Shown here in pieces: positions 46,380 to 56,241 of a DNA stretch of 64,000 bases (within the stretch, counting starts at the first letter, position 1; each line of letters begins with the position of its first letter). Where the stretch lies: positions 1 to 64,000 of IMG/VR virus record IMGVR_UViG_2974511964_000001. One strand, 5' to 3'. Source of the DNA: a virus (taxonomy: Duplodnaviria > Caudoviricetes). Both the position numbers and the translations under genes were made by a program. The notes under the pieces are model-generated. The model ran no database searches, was not told the origin of the DNA, and saw only the letters and a list, made by a program, of their open reading frames with translations.

Positions 46380-47340
46380 ATTGTCCGAATGGTCCCGGCT
46401 TAGAACCCGGCCTAGGCTGAGACTATATAATATTAATAGTGTGTCTTCGTTAGTATTTAGTTCTCAACGTCTTGTGGTCTACGTCCCGCTAGTAGTTTAT
46501 AAGCGTTATTAGTCCAGCCCACCTGATTACCATAAATATGTAATCAAAAATCTTTAAGTTCAAGTTCAAATTCCTTATTATGTATTAATAAATCAATCCT
46601 AAACACATGCTATCATACTTAATCTGTAAAACGGTTTTGACCTTGACTCTCCTGCTGTTCAGAGAGAGGGAGTAAGTGAATGAGATACAGTTAGTCCATA
46701 GATGGATAGTTTAGCGTAAATCTATTACTAGAAATACAATACTAAGCTAAGCTCTATGGACAATAACTGCATAATAACTAATTAACTAATCCAACTGTTC
46801 GTCGGTCGGTCGGTCGGTCATTTCAACAGGAGTTGGTTATTCAAGTCACTACGTATTGCTATCCTAACATTGGTTACTACATTGAGTGTTAAGCGATTGT
46901 TTTCTTCATCATGAGGACTTATCGTCTAGCTTTATTATAATCTATTAGGATAGCTCAGCATCTATACTTGTAATACTAACCTAGCTACCAGCATTCCAGC
47001 CACTGGTAGGTTATTCGCATAAGCAGGTTAATATCTCCACCCGTTTTCAGGGCACTGGAAACCTCTTACAGCATTTATTTAACGACCTGCTACTCGGTCA
47101 AACCCACCACTGCAACTCCTAAACGGTGGGTTCCTAGTCACTTTTATAGAATCGGAGGGACTATTCAAATATGCTCCTGTCTCTTTTTGTTTGGTATCAG
47201 TGAATATTACCTTTAGGTGGTCTCGCCTATTGGGTATCCCTATTAAGTTTTAAAGTTATCTTATAGCTCTGCGCATTTCGGTAACTTCTTTTGTAACTAG
47301 GCTATTTAGTTATCCTCGGTTAGCCGTGTAACCTTATTTT
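46380..47340 (-). ncRNA. Candidate large structured ncRNA (~950 nt), class unknown
   Basis: No ORF of 60 aa or more in six frames; many nested stems; own leftward promoter. Boundaries and strand are approximate. Confidence 0.6.
46801..46819. repeat. (GTCG)4-GTC tetranucleotide repeat in a hairpin loop
   Basis: Directly visible; enclosed by CTGTT/AACAG. Confidence 0.85.
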
Positions 47341-47347
47341 TAATTCT

Positions 47348-47376
47348 AGTATACCATACTCTTTTCAAAAGTAAAC
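47348..47376 (-). promoter_or_regulatory. Leftward sigma-A promoter pointing into the ORF-free region
   Basis: TG-G-TATACT extended -10 with TTTACT/GTTTAC at -35. Confidence 0.6.
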
Positions 47377-47398
47377 CCAATTTATATAGAAAAATTTA

Positions 47399-47427
47399 TT
47401 GACTACTAAATTATATAATGTTACTAT
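47399..47427 (+). promoter_or_regulatory. Rightward sigma-A promoter of the replication module
   Basis: TTGACT-17 nt-TACTAT with a TG extension. Confidence 0.7.
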
Positions 47428-47478
47428 AGTCTATAGAATAAATACATTTCACGGGCATCAATAAGGAGGTGCTATATA

Positions 47479-48540
47479 ATGAATTTAAAAGACCCAAAAT
47501 TTAAAACAGACGATACACCTGTTAAGTTTGCTGATTTTGATGCTTATGTTATCAGCTTAATTTATGACAAATATGTGCAACTTTTTAGACAGAAAGATGC
47601 TGACAATAAGGGAATTGATGCTAGTGTTGAATTAGAAAGAACCGTTGACTCAATTGTTGATAGCAAATTACACTATGCACTGGTTAAAGCCTCCAAGTAT
47701 TTTAGGATTAACCACATTAATCCGGTATATTATTTGTCTGTCGTTTTTAGTAGACACTTATATAATGACAGAAACAAGAAGAGGATTATGAACGTTCCTT
47801 ATGAGGTGGGCCTTGTGTCTGAAACTTATCAGTCGTACTATCAAAACGGCTTAAAGTACGATAGAACTTATCATAAAAACATAAATGGAGTTCCTCATGA
47901 AACAGTAATGTTTCTAGATAATCCCTATATTTCATTTGTGTACCAATACTATGGATTGTTACAGAAGTGTAGATATGATAATGTAGAGATGTCTAAGGAG
48001 TTAAGAACATATCAGTACAATCACTCAATTAAGATTATGACACTGGATGAGAACAAGCTTGATGGCATGTATAGAGAGTACGTAGAGTATAGTCGTAGAT
48101 TAGTAAAGGCATTAAATGTTAGGCATCCAGAGATGTCATTATATGTAATGCAACTATGTAACTATCGCTACCTAGGTGCTATGAACACTCCTATTTTATT
48201 ATTTGGAACATCAAGATATTCTATGAGTGCTATTTCTGATATTAGGTCTGATGAGACAGACAATGAGTTGTACCTTCATTCTCTATTATATGGTTTAAAG
48301 AAGACTTATGACTCTGTGTATGCAGCAACTATTTCAGATGGTGATGAGCTTAAAATAATTAGGGACAACTTACAAACTGACAAAGTGTCAGAGTATTATG
48401 CTATTATCAATATCGGGCGTAAGATTATAGCTTACTTTAGCTCGGACTTGGTAATTAGAACGAAGGCTCGAAAGGTATTTCCTAAGGATTTAAGAGAACA
48501 ATTGTTGGACAGATATGATATGCCAATTATTAATATTTAG
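47479..48540 (+). CDS. Hypothetical Tyr-rich protein, first gene of the replication operon
   Basis: TAAGGAGGT RBS; no recognisable motif. Confidence 0.7.
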   Translation: MNLKDPKFKTDDTPVKFADFDAYVISLIYDKYVQLFRQKDADNKGIDASVELERTVDSIVDSKLHYALVKASKYFRINHINPVYYLSVVFSRHLYNDRNKKRIMNVPYEVGLVSETYQSYYQNGLKYDRTYHKNINGVPHETVMFLDNPYISFVYQYYGLLQKCRYDNVEMSKELRTYQYNHSIKIMTLDENKLDGMYREYVEYSRRLVKALNVRHPEMSLYVMQLCNYRYLGAMNTPILLFGTSRYSMSAISDIRSDETDNELYLHSLLYGLKKTYDSVYAATISDGDELKIIRDNLQTDKVSEYYAIINIGRKIIAYFSSDLVIRTKARKVFPKDLREQLLDRYDMPIINI

Positions 48541-48551
48541 GAGGAACAACC

Positions 48552-50057
48552 GTGACAGAAAGTACAAAAACATTACAAGAACAATTATTAGTGAGAGCAT
48601 TAAGCAGTTCATACATTACTAATGCAGTATTAGCTAGAAACACACCATCACTATTGACTAACCCGACTTATCAGGTTCTAGGTAATATATTAGTTAGATA
48701 CTATGCAACGGACACAAAGCCGATTTCAGAAGCAAGTATTAAGCTTGGAATTGATAGATACTTTAAAGATGAAAACAGACGTAGAAGCCATAAGCATGAA
48801 GACCCATTAACACAGCAAGAAGAGCTAGATATTACCCAGACTATTAATGATGTTATGGAAACTAAGCCAGATAGTTCTGATGAAATCGAAGAGTCACTAG
48901 ATAAATATGTTAAGAAGACTTTAGCTTCTGCTGCTATTCTAGAAGAAGCGCAGCGAGACTCAGATGACTTATCTAAGAGAGTTGAAGAAAAACTTGATGA
49001 TATCAACTCATTAGACATCAATGGTAGTGCGGACACTGTTGTTGATGTTTATCGTGATGTTCGTAAGAAGGCAGAAACATATATTAATGATTTGGGCCAA
49101 GCAAAGATACCATCTGGATTAAAAACATTTGACTATGTGATGAGTGGTGGGCTACAAAAAGGCCAAATTGCAATGATTGGTGGTAAATCTGGATTTGGTA
49201 AAACAGTATTTCTATCTAATCTATCCTACTACTACAGTATGGTATCTGGTCATAACGTTCTACAGGTTAGTTTGGAAGAACTGATGGCAGATTCATATAT
49301 GCGTTTTGATAGAATGCACTATCGAGTGACACCGAGTGACATGTTAACTGGAGATGGTAAAATTGACCCCAATTTCATTAAGAATGTTTTAGCTAAGCCT
49401 CATAAGCCAGATAAAGGAACCCTGTTGTTCAAACGATATACGCCTAATACTTTAACTGTTGATGGTTTACGACAGTGTATTGACACATCAGAACGCCAAA
49501 AAGGATTAAAACTCGATGTGGTTGTACTTGACTATGCAGACTTAATGCGTACAGCTAAGAAATCAGATAACGAAGCTGTTCAGGGTGAAGAGCTATTCCA
49601 AAATCTGTCGAAACTAGCGCAGGAAGAAAATGTTATTCTAATTACGGGTACTCAATTGAACCGTTCTGCCGGTAGCCAAGAAGTTATGACGTTAGAGTCA
49701 ATCGAAGGTTCCTACCGTAAGATTAACACTACTGCATTCGCTGGAACTTTAAACGGGACTAAAGAAGAACGTGATGGCGGTTTCATGCGTATTTATTTAG
49801 ATAAGATTCGTAATCGGTTTGTATCTGATGATTATATGCTATTTAAATTTGATAAGGGAACAATGCTTTTAACCGATGAAACTGATGCCGAAAAGGTAGA
49901 ACACATGTCGCTTATCAACCAAGACGCATCAAATATGAAAGCTCAACGTAGAGCAGAGTATGCCAAAGGCAATGGCAATGACACTAGTAATAGCGAAATG
50001 CAAGATAAAGCAAATGAAATTATGTCTAGTTTAATAGGCGGAAATAAGAAGGCTTAA
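48552..50057 (+). CDS. dnaB: Replicative helicase, DnaB-like
   Basis: GGKSGFGKT, VSLEE, VVLDYADL, TQLNR, DKIRNR. Confidence 0.93.
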   Translation: MTESTKTLQEQLLVRALSSSYITNAVLARNTPSLLTNPTYQVLGNILVRYYATDTKPISEASIKLGIDRYFKDENRRRSHKHEDPLTQQEELDITQTINDVMETKPDSSDEIEESLDKYVKKTLASAAILEEAQRDSDDLSKRVEEKLDDINSLDINGSADTVVDVYRDVRKKAETYINDLGQAKIPSGLKTFDYVMSGGLQKGQIAMIGGKSGFGKTVFLSNLSYYYSMVSGHNVLQVSLEELMADSYMRFDRMHYRVTPSDMLTGDGKIDPNFIKNVLAKPHKPDKGTLLFKRYTPNTLTVDGLRQCIDTSERQKGLKLDVVVLDYADLMRTAKKSDNEAVQGEELFQNLSKLAQEENVILITGTQLNRSAGSQEVMTLESIEGSYRKINTTAFAGTLNGTKEERDGGFMRIYLDKIRNRFVSDDYMLFKFDKGTMLLTDETDAEKVEHMSLINQDASNMKAQRRAEYAKGNGNDTSNSEMQDKANEIMSSLIGGNKKA

Positions 50058-50060
50058 TAT

Positions 50061-51131
50061 ATGAATAAAGATACCTATGTAGTATGCTCTGACGTCCACG
50101 CCAGTGACTATACAGCGTTTTCTAAACCAGTTGAGGGTAAACCATACGGGTCACGTTTAAAAACGATTCTCGAAGCCCTCAATGCCATGTATGAGGAAGC
50201 GTTGTCTAAGGATGCTTCAAGAATGATTATTATTGGTGACTTGTATAATGAGAGGACCTCTATATCGCCAATTGTAATTAAGGCGGTTACAGAGAATATC
50301 TTAAAGGGTATTCATCGACAACCAAAAGGGTTTAAGCTTGATATTGTAGTTGGTAATCATGACCAGCAAGATAATAGTCCAGTTCCACCAAACTCTGTAT
50401 CCATCTTAGAAACTTACTCGACTAGTGATTATCCAATTGTAGTTCATGACCATGTTGATGTGGATGATAATTTAATATTTGTACCATATACCGAGGATTC
50501 TTTATCTTTCAAGAAAGCAATTTCAGAAATTAAGCTTGACAAAGATAAACATTATGTAATGTTTGCTCATATTGGTATGTCAGGTGCTAAGTCTGGTAAG
50601 TGGACTCATAAACTTGGTGGTAACTATACTCTTGAAGATGTCCGATATAACGAGATGGATTTAGTCATGATGGGTCATTATCATTGGCGACAAAAGTTAG
50701 CAGATAACGTTATGTATACTGGTGATTTAGTACCTTTAAACTTTAATGATGAGGGGCAAGATAAAGGGTTCTATTTGATTACAAAAGGTAATAAGTATGA
50801 AGAAACCTTTATCCCTGTAAATTCACCAAAGTTTAAAACTATTGATTTGAGCCATTATGAAGATAAAGGTACTCTTGATGAAGAGCTAAAAAATAACTAT
50901 ATTAGAATTGTAACCCATAACTCAGAGGATACCGAAGCCATGCGTAAGCTAATCAAAGAGGCTGAGGTACCTGTAGCATTACAAACTAAGCAGGAGCTTA
51001 AGCATGATTCGAGACTAGATATATCTTCTGATAGTTCTGATGCTGATATTGTTAGGGCATACTGTAAGAAGTATTATCCAGATGTAGAAAAACAGGCAGA
51101 AAAGTATTTAATTCAGGCACAGGAAGGTTGA
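50061..51131 (+). CDS. sbcD: Mre11/SbcD-like recombination nuclease
   Basis: SDVH, GDLY, GNHD, GHYH metallophosphoesterase motifs; close to the SbcC-like gene. Confidence 0.88.
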   Translation: MNKDTYVVCSDVHASDYTAFSKPVEGKPYGSRLKTILEALNAMYEEALSKDASRMIIIGDLYNERTSISPIVIKAVTENILKGIHRQPKGFKLDIVVGNHDQQDNSPVPPNSVSILETYSTSDYPIVVHDHVDVDDNLIFVPYTEDSLSFKKAISEIKLDKDKHYVMFAHIGMSGAKSGKWTHKLGGNYTLEDVRYNEMDLVMMGHYHWRQKLADNVMYTGDLVPLNFNDEGQDKGFYLITKGNKYEETFIPVNSPKFKTIDLSHYEDKGTLDEELKNNYIRIVTHNSEDTEAMRKLIKEAEVPVALQTKQELKHDSRLDISSDSSDADIVRAYCKKYYPDVEKQAEKYLIQAQEG

Positions 51132-51137
51132 TAGATT

Positions 51138-51395
51138 TTGAACGTAAAGGTATATTCTAAAGTAAATTGTTTTCCATGTAAGTTAACTAAAAGGTGGTTA
51201 TCTGAACATAACATTAATTATGACTATGAAGAGTTCGACCCCAAAGAAGAAGCTGATTATGCTGTAGTGCGTGAACGACTGATGGAATATGGGTTCATGA
51301 GTTTCCCAGTAGTTACTATTACAGATGATGAAAACAATGTAATTAACAAGTGGTCTGGCTTTGCTCCTAATAAGTTAAAGTCCCTAATTAAATAA
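51138..51395 (+). CDS. nrdH: NrdH-like glutaredoxin
   Basis: VYSKVNCFPC, GFMSFPVV, WSGFAP. Confidence 0.88.
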   Translation: MNVKVYSKVNCFPCKLTKRWLSEHNINYDYEEFDPKEEADYAVVRERLMEYGFMSFPVVTITDDENNVINKWSGFAPNKLKSLIK

Positions 51396-51397
51396 AC

Positions 51398-51445
51398 TTG
51401 ACAAAATAGTCTTACTGGGTTATACTTAATCTAGTAAGACTATTT
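51398..51445 (+). promoter_or_regulatory. Sigma-A promoter overlapped by a 13-bp inverted repeat
   Basis: TTGACA-17 nt-TATACT; AAATAGTCTTACT (51404-51416) / AGTAAGACTATTT (51433-51445). Confidence 0.7.
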
Positions 51446-51461
51446 GTTTGAGGTGAATTAA

Positions 51462-53363
51462 ATGAAATTAGAATCTGTAGATATTCAGAATTTTAGGTCA
51501 ATTGGAAAAGTTAAATTGTCACTAGACAACCAAGGTCTTATTCTAATCCAAGGTGTTAACATGGATAAGGATGATGGTTCTTCTAATGGGGCAGCAAAAT
51601 CCAGTTTGTATTACGCTATTATCTATGCGCTATATGGTAAAACTCCAAAAGGTACTGCTGGAGATGATATCGTTAACAACAAAATAGGTAAAAATACTCA
51701 CTGTATTGTAGAGTTTTCTCATCGGGGTATTAAATATACAGTTGCACGCTATCGAAAGGATAAGGATAATAAGAATAAAGTATTGCTATACCGTGATGGC
51801 GAAGAGATTACTAAAGCTTCTAATAAGCTAACTGATGAGTATATAGTTGATATTATTGGTATGAATATAACTACTATGCTTAATTCCTTAGTATTTGGTG
51901 AGTCAAGTGTTAACCGGTTCTCAGAAGCAACTGATAAAGAGCGTAAAGAAATTCTAGAAGATATTACTAATATTGCTATTTATAAGCGAGCGCTAGATAT
52001 TGTTAAAGAAGACGCAGCCACTAATAAGCTAAATATTGATAAGGCTAACAATGAGCTATCTAGTGCTGTTAACCACAAAGACAGTATGATGCAGTATATT
52101 GATAGATTTAAGCAAGAACAAAAAGATTATGCTAATCAGCTAGCTAAGGCGGAAGCAACAGTTACCAAGTGCAAGGAAGCTGTTGATAACATTGGGTATA
52201 CTGATGAAGATTTAGATAAGGAAGAAGAAAACTATCAGAATGATTTGACTGTTTTGCAACATAAATTTGATAAAGCGAATACAGTTAAGAGTAGTACAGA
52301 AGTAAACGCCAAGCTGTCTGCACTTGCATCTAAAGCGGGACAAATTGCTAATCAGCAAAGGATTAGCAAAGACAACCTTAATAAAGCTAAGCAGGCATAT
52401 ACGGAGCTAGCTAATGCGAGTGTACCTCGTTGTCCTCATTGTGGTCATAAGCTAGACGAGGAGCATCGTAAGCAGGAATTAGAACGAATTACTAATGATG
52501 GTAAGCAAGCTAGAGAGAGCTATGACGAATCAACTAGGATGTTATTAACTGCTAAGAAGGCTAGTGACCTTCTAAATACTAAGTTGAGTGAAATTGAAAA
52601 GTTTAATAGTAGTATTAAGCCAAAATTGGAATTAATTAATAAGGATATTAATTCTGTTAGAAACAGCATTACCAAAGTTATTAACAGGCGCAATAAGCTA
52701 GATAGTTCTAAGCACGATGTTGTTCAAGCTAAACAATGGTTAGAAGAACTAAAGCAGAGAGCACCAAAGAACAATGGCGATTTTGAAAGTGAAAAAGATT
52801 TAAATAAGCATATCAAGGAATCTACTGACAAGGTCTCTAAGTTAGAAGCTAAAGAAAAACAATTTAATGACTTAAAAGTAGTATTCTCCGATAAGGGGGT
52901 TAAATCACATGTGCTAGATTTGGTTACTCCATACTTAAATTCACAAGCTAATTACTACTTATCAATATTGACAAATGGTACTATTTCTGTTAATATTAGT
53001 ACACAGTCAGAGTCAAAGTCAGGAAATTTATCTGATAAGATGTCAGTTGAAGTTTCATCAGTTGATGGTGGTTCAGCTTATAATGAATTATCAACTGGTG
53101 AGCAGAAGCGGGTAAACTTAGCTATTTCCTTATCACTACAGGATTATGTATTATCTAAAAACCCAGAGATTAACCTGAATGTTTTTGATGAAATATTTGA
53201 TGGGTTGGATGAAGACGGAATTATGCAAGTTATGAAATTATTAAAAGAACGGAATAAGAATATTGGAACTATCCTAGTTATTTCTCACAATCAGGCTTTA
53301 CGGGATATGTTCACAAATTCAATAACAATTAAGAAAAAGGATGGAATTAGCTATGTTGACTAA
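51462..53363 (+). CDS. sbcC: Rad50/SbcC-like ATPase
   Basis: NFRS, SNGAAKSS, CPHCG zinc hook, LSTGEQKR, FDE, ISH. Confidence 0.92.
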   Translation: MKLESVDIQNFRSIGKVKLSLDNQGLILIQGVNMDKDDGSSNGAAKSSLYYAIIYALYGKTPKGTAGDDIVNNKIGKNTHCIVEFSHRGIKYTVARYRKDKDNKNKVLLYRDGEEITKASNKLTDEYIVDIIGMNITTMLNSLVFGESSVNRFSEATDKERKEILEDITNIAIYKRALDIVKEDAATNKLNIDKANNELSSAVNHKDSMMQYIDRFKQEQKDYANQLAKAEATVTKCKEAVDNIGYTDEDLDKEEENYQNDLTVLQHKFDKANTVKSSTEVNAKLSALASKAGQIANQQRISKDNLNKAKQAYTELANASVPRCPHCGHKLDEEHRKQELERITNDGKQARESYDESTRMLLTAKKASDLLNTKLSEIEKFNSSIKPKLELINKDINSVRNSITKVINRRNKLDSSKHDVVQAKQWLEELKQRAPKNNGDFESEKDLNKHIKESTDKVSKLEAKEKQFNDLKVVFSDKGVKSHVLDLVTPYLNSQANYYLSILTNGTISVNISTQSESKSGNLSDKMSVEVSSVDGGSAYNELSTGEQKRVNLAISLSLQDYVLSKNPEINLNVFDEIFDGLDEDGIMQVMKLLKERNKNIGTILVISHNQALRDMFTNSITIKKKDGISYVD

Positions 53364-54048
53364 TACAAGTCGCTTAGTTCTTGGTAAGAACGAGTGCATA
53401 GAAAATGGTTTAAAAACTAAGATGTTTGTTGAAGATGGGAGAGTGATGGTTAGACTAAGTTCTGAAACTATGAATCATCATAAGAAAGAATACTTTGCTC
53501 CAGCAGAGGATGCAAATGTGTTTTACCCACTATACTTTTATTATGATTTTCACTATGAAGACCCATATAAGGATATTATTCTTAAATTATATCATAACGC
53601 TCCAAAGAAGCTTGTTAAGTATATTCATGATAACTTTCCACATGATAATGTGTACTTAAAGCGTCTATACGACTTTAAAGAACAAAAGCCAATTAATACA
53701 GAAACAAATTTTATACTTAATAGTAATGAAGCTGCCGAATACAAGTTACAGAAATTAGGTTTAAAGACGTGGGGAGAGCATTATAACCGTAATGACGTTG
53801 AGCTAAACTTTAACAAGATAAATAAATTATTGAACGAATTAGAGTCCTATCTATTAGCTAAGGCACAAGATTTGGGAATTGTAGACAAAAATAATGTTGA
53901 CAAGAACAGTGAATTAATTGAGAAGAAAATCCTATCTCAGGCTACAGATGAAGACTTAAGACTATATATTGAACTTGGCGTGGCCTATAGGATGAATGTA
54001 TTTATGTCTAAAGTAGTTAGGGCACAAGAGAAGTTTTTAAGGGGATGA
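53341..54048 (+). CDS. Hypothetical protein
   Basis: ORF between sbcC and primase; start may be 53353. Confidence 0.6.
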   Translation: MELAMLTNTSRLVLGKNECIENGLKTKMFVEDGRVMVRLSSETMNHHKKEYFAPAEDANVFYPLYFYYDFHYEDPYKDIILKLYHNAPKKLVKYIHDNFPHDNVYLKRLYDFKEQKPINTETNFILNSNEAAEYKLQKLGLKTWGEHYNRNDVELNFNKINKLLNELESYLLAKAQDLGIVDKNNVDKNSELIEKKILSQATDEDLRLYIELGVAYRMNVFMSKVVRAQEKFLRG

Positions 54049-54052
54049 CAGG

Positions 54053-55102
54053 ATGTCAGCTACACAAAGTGTAATTGAATCATTAAGCGATGGCGAAATT
54101 TTGTACGATGGTGAAGACATCAGATTTAACTGTCCCTTGTGTGGTGAGACTAAGAATAAGTTATATGTTAGTGAAAAGGGAGTATGGCATTGTTTCCATT
54201 GCTCAGAGTCTGGGTTTGGTGCAGTCTCATTTATTATGCAACTTTACCATATATCATTCAAAGAAGCTAAAGAGATTGCAAAAGAGTATGGGTATGTTCA
54301 AGAATCAAAACCAAATGCAATTATTAGTCAATCTGATTCATTAGCAGAAAAATTGATGCTTATAATGTATGATAGTAAAGAAAACGAAAGCTTAGTAATG
54401 CCCTCTCTACCAACGAATACTAAGTTATTATCCAGCAATTGGAGCAATCCAGTTGCTTTTCCATATTTTAATTATCTTCACAGTCGTGGGGTAACAAAAT
54501 CTGATATTGAAAATTATAATATTGGGTTTTGTGTAAATGGAACTGCTAGAACCAGAAGGGGAACCTTAAGCATTAGGAACAGTATTGTGTTCATTACTAA
54601 GATGAATGATGAGCCTGTATACTGGAATACACGCTCAATTGACCCCAACCCGTTTATTAAGTCATTTAATGCCTATGCCGAGTTAGGTAAAGAGTATGCT
54701 CGTTCTCAATCTTTATTTAATTATGACAGCATAAAAAGAAACAATAATGTGGTAATTTGTGAGGGTGTTTTTAATGCAATTACTGTTAGCCACATAGATG
54801 GTTACTGTGGGTTGGCGACTTTTGGTAAGGAAGTAACTGATGCTCAATTGAATTTGATTGTTAAAGAACTGGGTCATAGAAATTTGTATTTGTTTTTAGA
54901 TAACGATGCCAACTATAAGATTGTACAATTAGGAAAACGATTTCTAGAGGCTGGGGTTAACAGAGAACAAATATGGCTAGTTAATAATCCATATGAAAGA
55001 CAAGATGCTAATGATTTAGGTGAGTCTATTAGCGAAGAGCTATTGGAGTCATCAACTAACCCTAGCCTAAGTTCCTTCTTAGGTTTAGGGGTTACTGAAT
55101 AA
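54053..55102 (+). CDS. dnaG: DNA primase (zinc finger + TOPRIM)
   Basis: CPLC..CFHC, ICEGVFNA, FLDND, QDAND. Confidence 0.92.
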   Translation: MSATQSVIESLSDGEILYDGEDIRFNCPLCGETKNKLYVSEKGVWHCFHCSESGFGAVSFIMQLYHISFKEAKEIAKEYGYVQESKPNAIISQSDSLAEKLMLIMYDSKENESLVMPSLPTNTKLLSSNWSNPVAFPYFNYLHSRGVTKSDIENYNIGFCVNGTARTRRGTLSIRNSIVFITKMNDEPVYWNTRSIDPNPFIKSFNAYAELGKEYARSQSLFNYDSIKRNNNVVICEGVFNAITVSHIDGYCGLATFGKEVTDAQLNLIVKELGHRNLYLFLDNDANYKIVQLGKRFLEAGVNREQIWLVNNPYERQDANDLGESISEELLESSTNPSLSSFLGLGVTE

Positions 55103-55151
55103 TGTATGTGCTATAATAATAGTAATTAAATAGTGAAAGACAGGTAATTAT

Positions 55152-55889
55152 ATGATTTATGTTAATGCTCCAATTGGTATGGGGAAATCAGCTCTAACAG
55201 AACTTCTATCAAAAGATTTAAATACTAAAGCCTTCTATGAAAAAGTAGATGATATGGCAATGCTCCATAAGTTCTATGCAGCTGGTGAAGATAGTCGATT
55301 ATCATTAGCGTTCCCGCTACAAGTTGCTTTCCTAAATTATCGTTATCAGCAATTAAGAGAAGGTCTGCATTTAGCAGAAACTGAGGGCATGAAGAATACT
55401 GTATACGATTCTAGTCTGTTATCTGATGGGTTAATGGCGTTTAACTTGTATAAACGTGGGGAATTTCCAAAGGAAGAATTTAGGCTGTATCAGGAACTAT
55501 CACAGAACATGCAAGCCAATGTTTCAGGACATCCCTTTAGAGGATTTCCTGATGTAATTATTTATCTAAAGGGTAGTTTTGAGCTCATGCTAGAACATAT
55601 TGAATCTCGTGGGCGTGACATGGAAACGATAGATGATGATAAAAAAGATTATTATCATAGTGTGTGGGAGACATATGATAACTGGTATCAGTCATATGCG
55701 CAGTCCCCAGTTATTACCATTGACATGGATAAGTATGACTATGTTAATAATTCTGAAGACCGCAGAAATGTGATTGAATATATTGAATCTAAGCTAAACG
55801 ACTTTGGGTTACTTAGCGATAACGAATTGGCTGGTCTGTATATGGCACATGACATTAAGGATACCCCAGCTGAAATAGATATTAAGTAG
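55152..55889 (+). CDS. Deoxynucleoside kinase
   Basis: APIGMGKS, LQVAFLNYR, PDVIIYL, RGRDME. Confidence 0.9.
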   Translation: MIYVNAPIGMGKSALTELLSKDLNTKAFYEKVDDMAMLHKFYAAGEDSRLSLAFPLQVAFLNYRYQQLREGLHLAETEGMKNTVYDSSLLSDGLMAFNLYKRGEFPKEEFRLYQELSQNMQANVSGHPFRGFPDVIIYLKGSFELMLEHIESRGRDMETIDDDKKDYYHSVWETYDNWYQSYAQSPVITIDMDKYDYVNNSEDRRNVIEYIESKLNDFGLLSDNELAGLYMAHDIKDTPAEIDIK

Positions 55890-55899
55890 GTGATATAAT

Positions 55900-56241
55900 A
55901 TGTCATTAGAAGCAAAGGATTTATCTAAAGTTGGTTTTCAAGATTATTTCAGGTTACGTAGACAACTACAAGCAACTGGAGATATTCCAAATTCTCAGAT
56001 ACAGCAGCATGATAATGACCCAATTACGTTTGATGAAGCCTATGACACGCTTAACTTGATTATAGATGACTTGCTAGGGGTTTCAGACATGTATGCTCGC
56101 TTATCTGTTGATTCATTAGGGGTACTAATTAGTATGCTAGTGACAAAAGGAGTATTAACTCAGAAGGACTATGAAGTAATATTAAAGGAATCACAAAAAC
56201 TAATGAAATTAGACAAGGGTGAAGAAAATGGCACAAAATAA
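55900..56241 (+). CDS. Hypothetical protein
   Basis: AGGTGA RBS, operon context. Confidence 0.65.
   Translation: MSLEAKDLSKVGFQDYFRLRRQLQATGDIPNSQIQQHDNDPITFDEAYDTLNLIIDDLLGVSDMYARLSVDSLGVLISMLVTKGVLTQKDYEVILKESQKLMKLDKGEENGTK

Noticed and set aside
46385-46420. tRNA-like 3' end on the minus strand (CCGGGTTCTAAGCCGGGACCA)
   Set aside because: The T-stem is mismatched and no acceptor, D or anticodon arms can be built; it is at most a T-loop-like motif of the larger RNA.
46380-47340. Structured region as a group I/II intron, tmRNA or RNase P
   Set aside because: There are no flanking exons, and I found no convincing group I core, group II domain V, tmRNA ends or RNase P P4 by eye. A covariance search is still needed.
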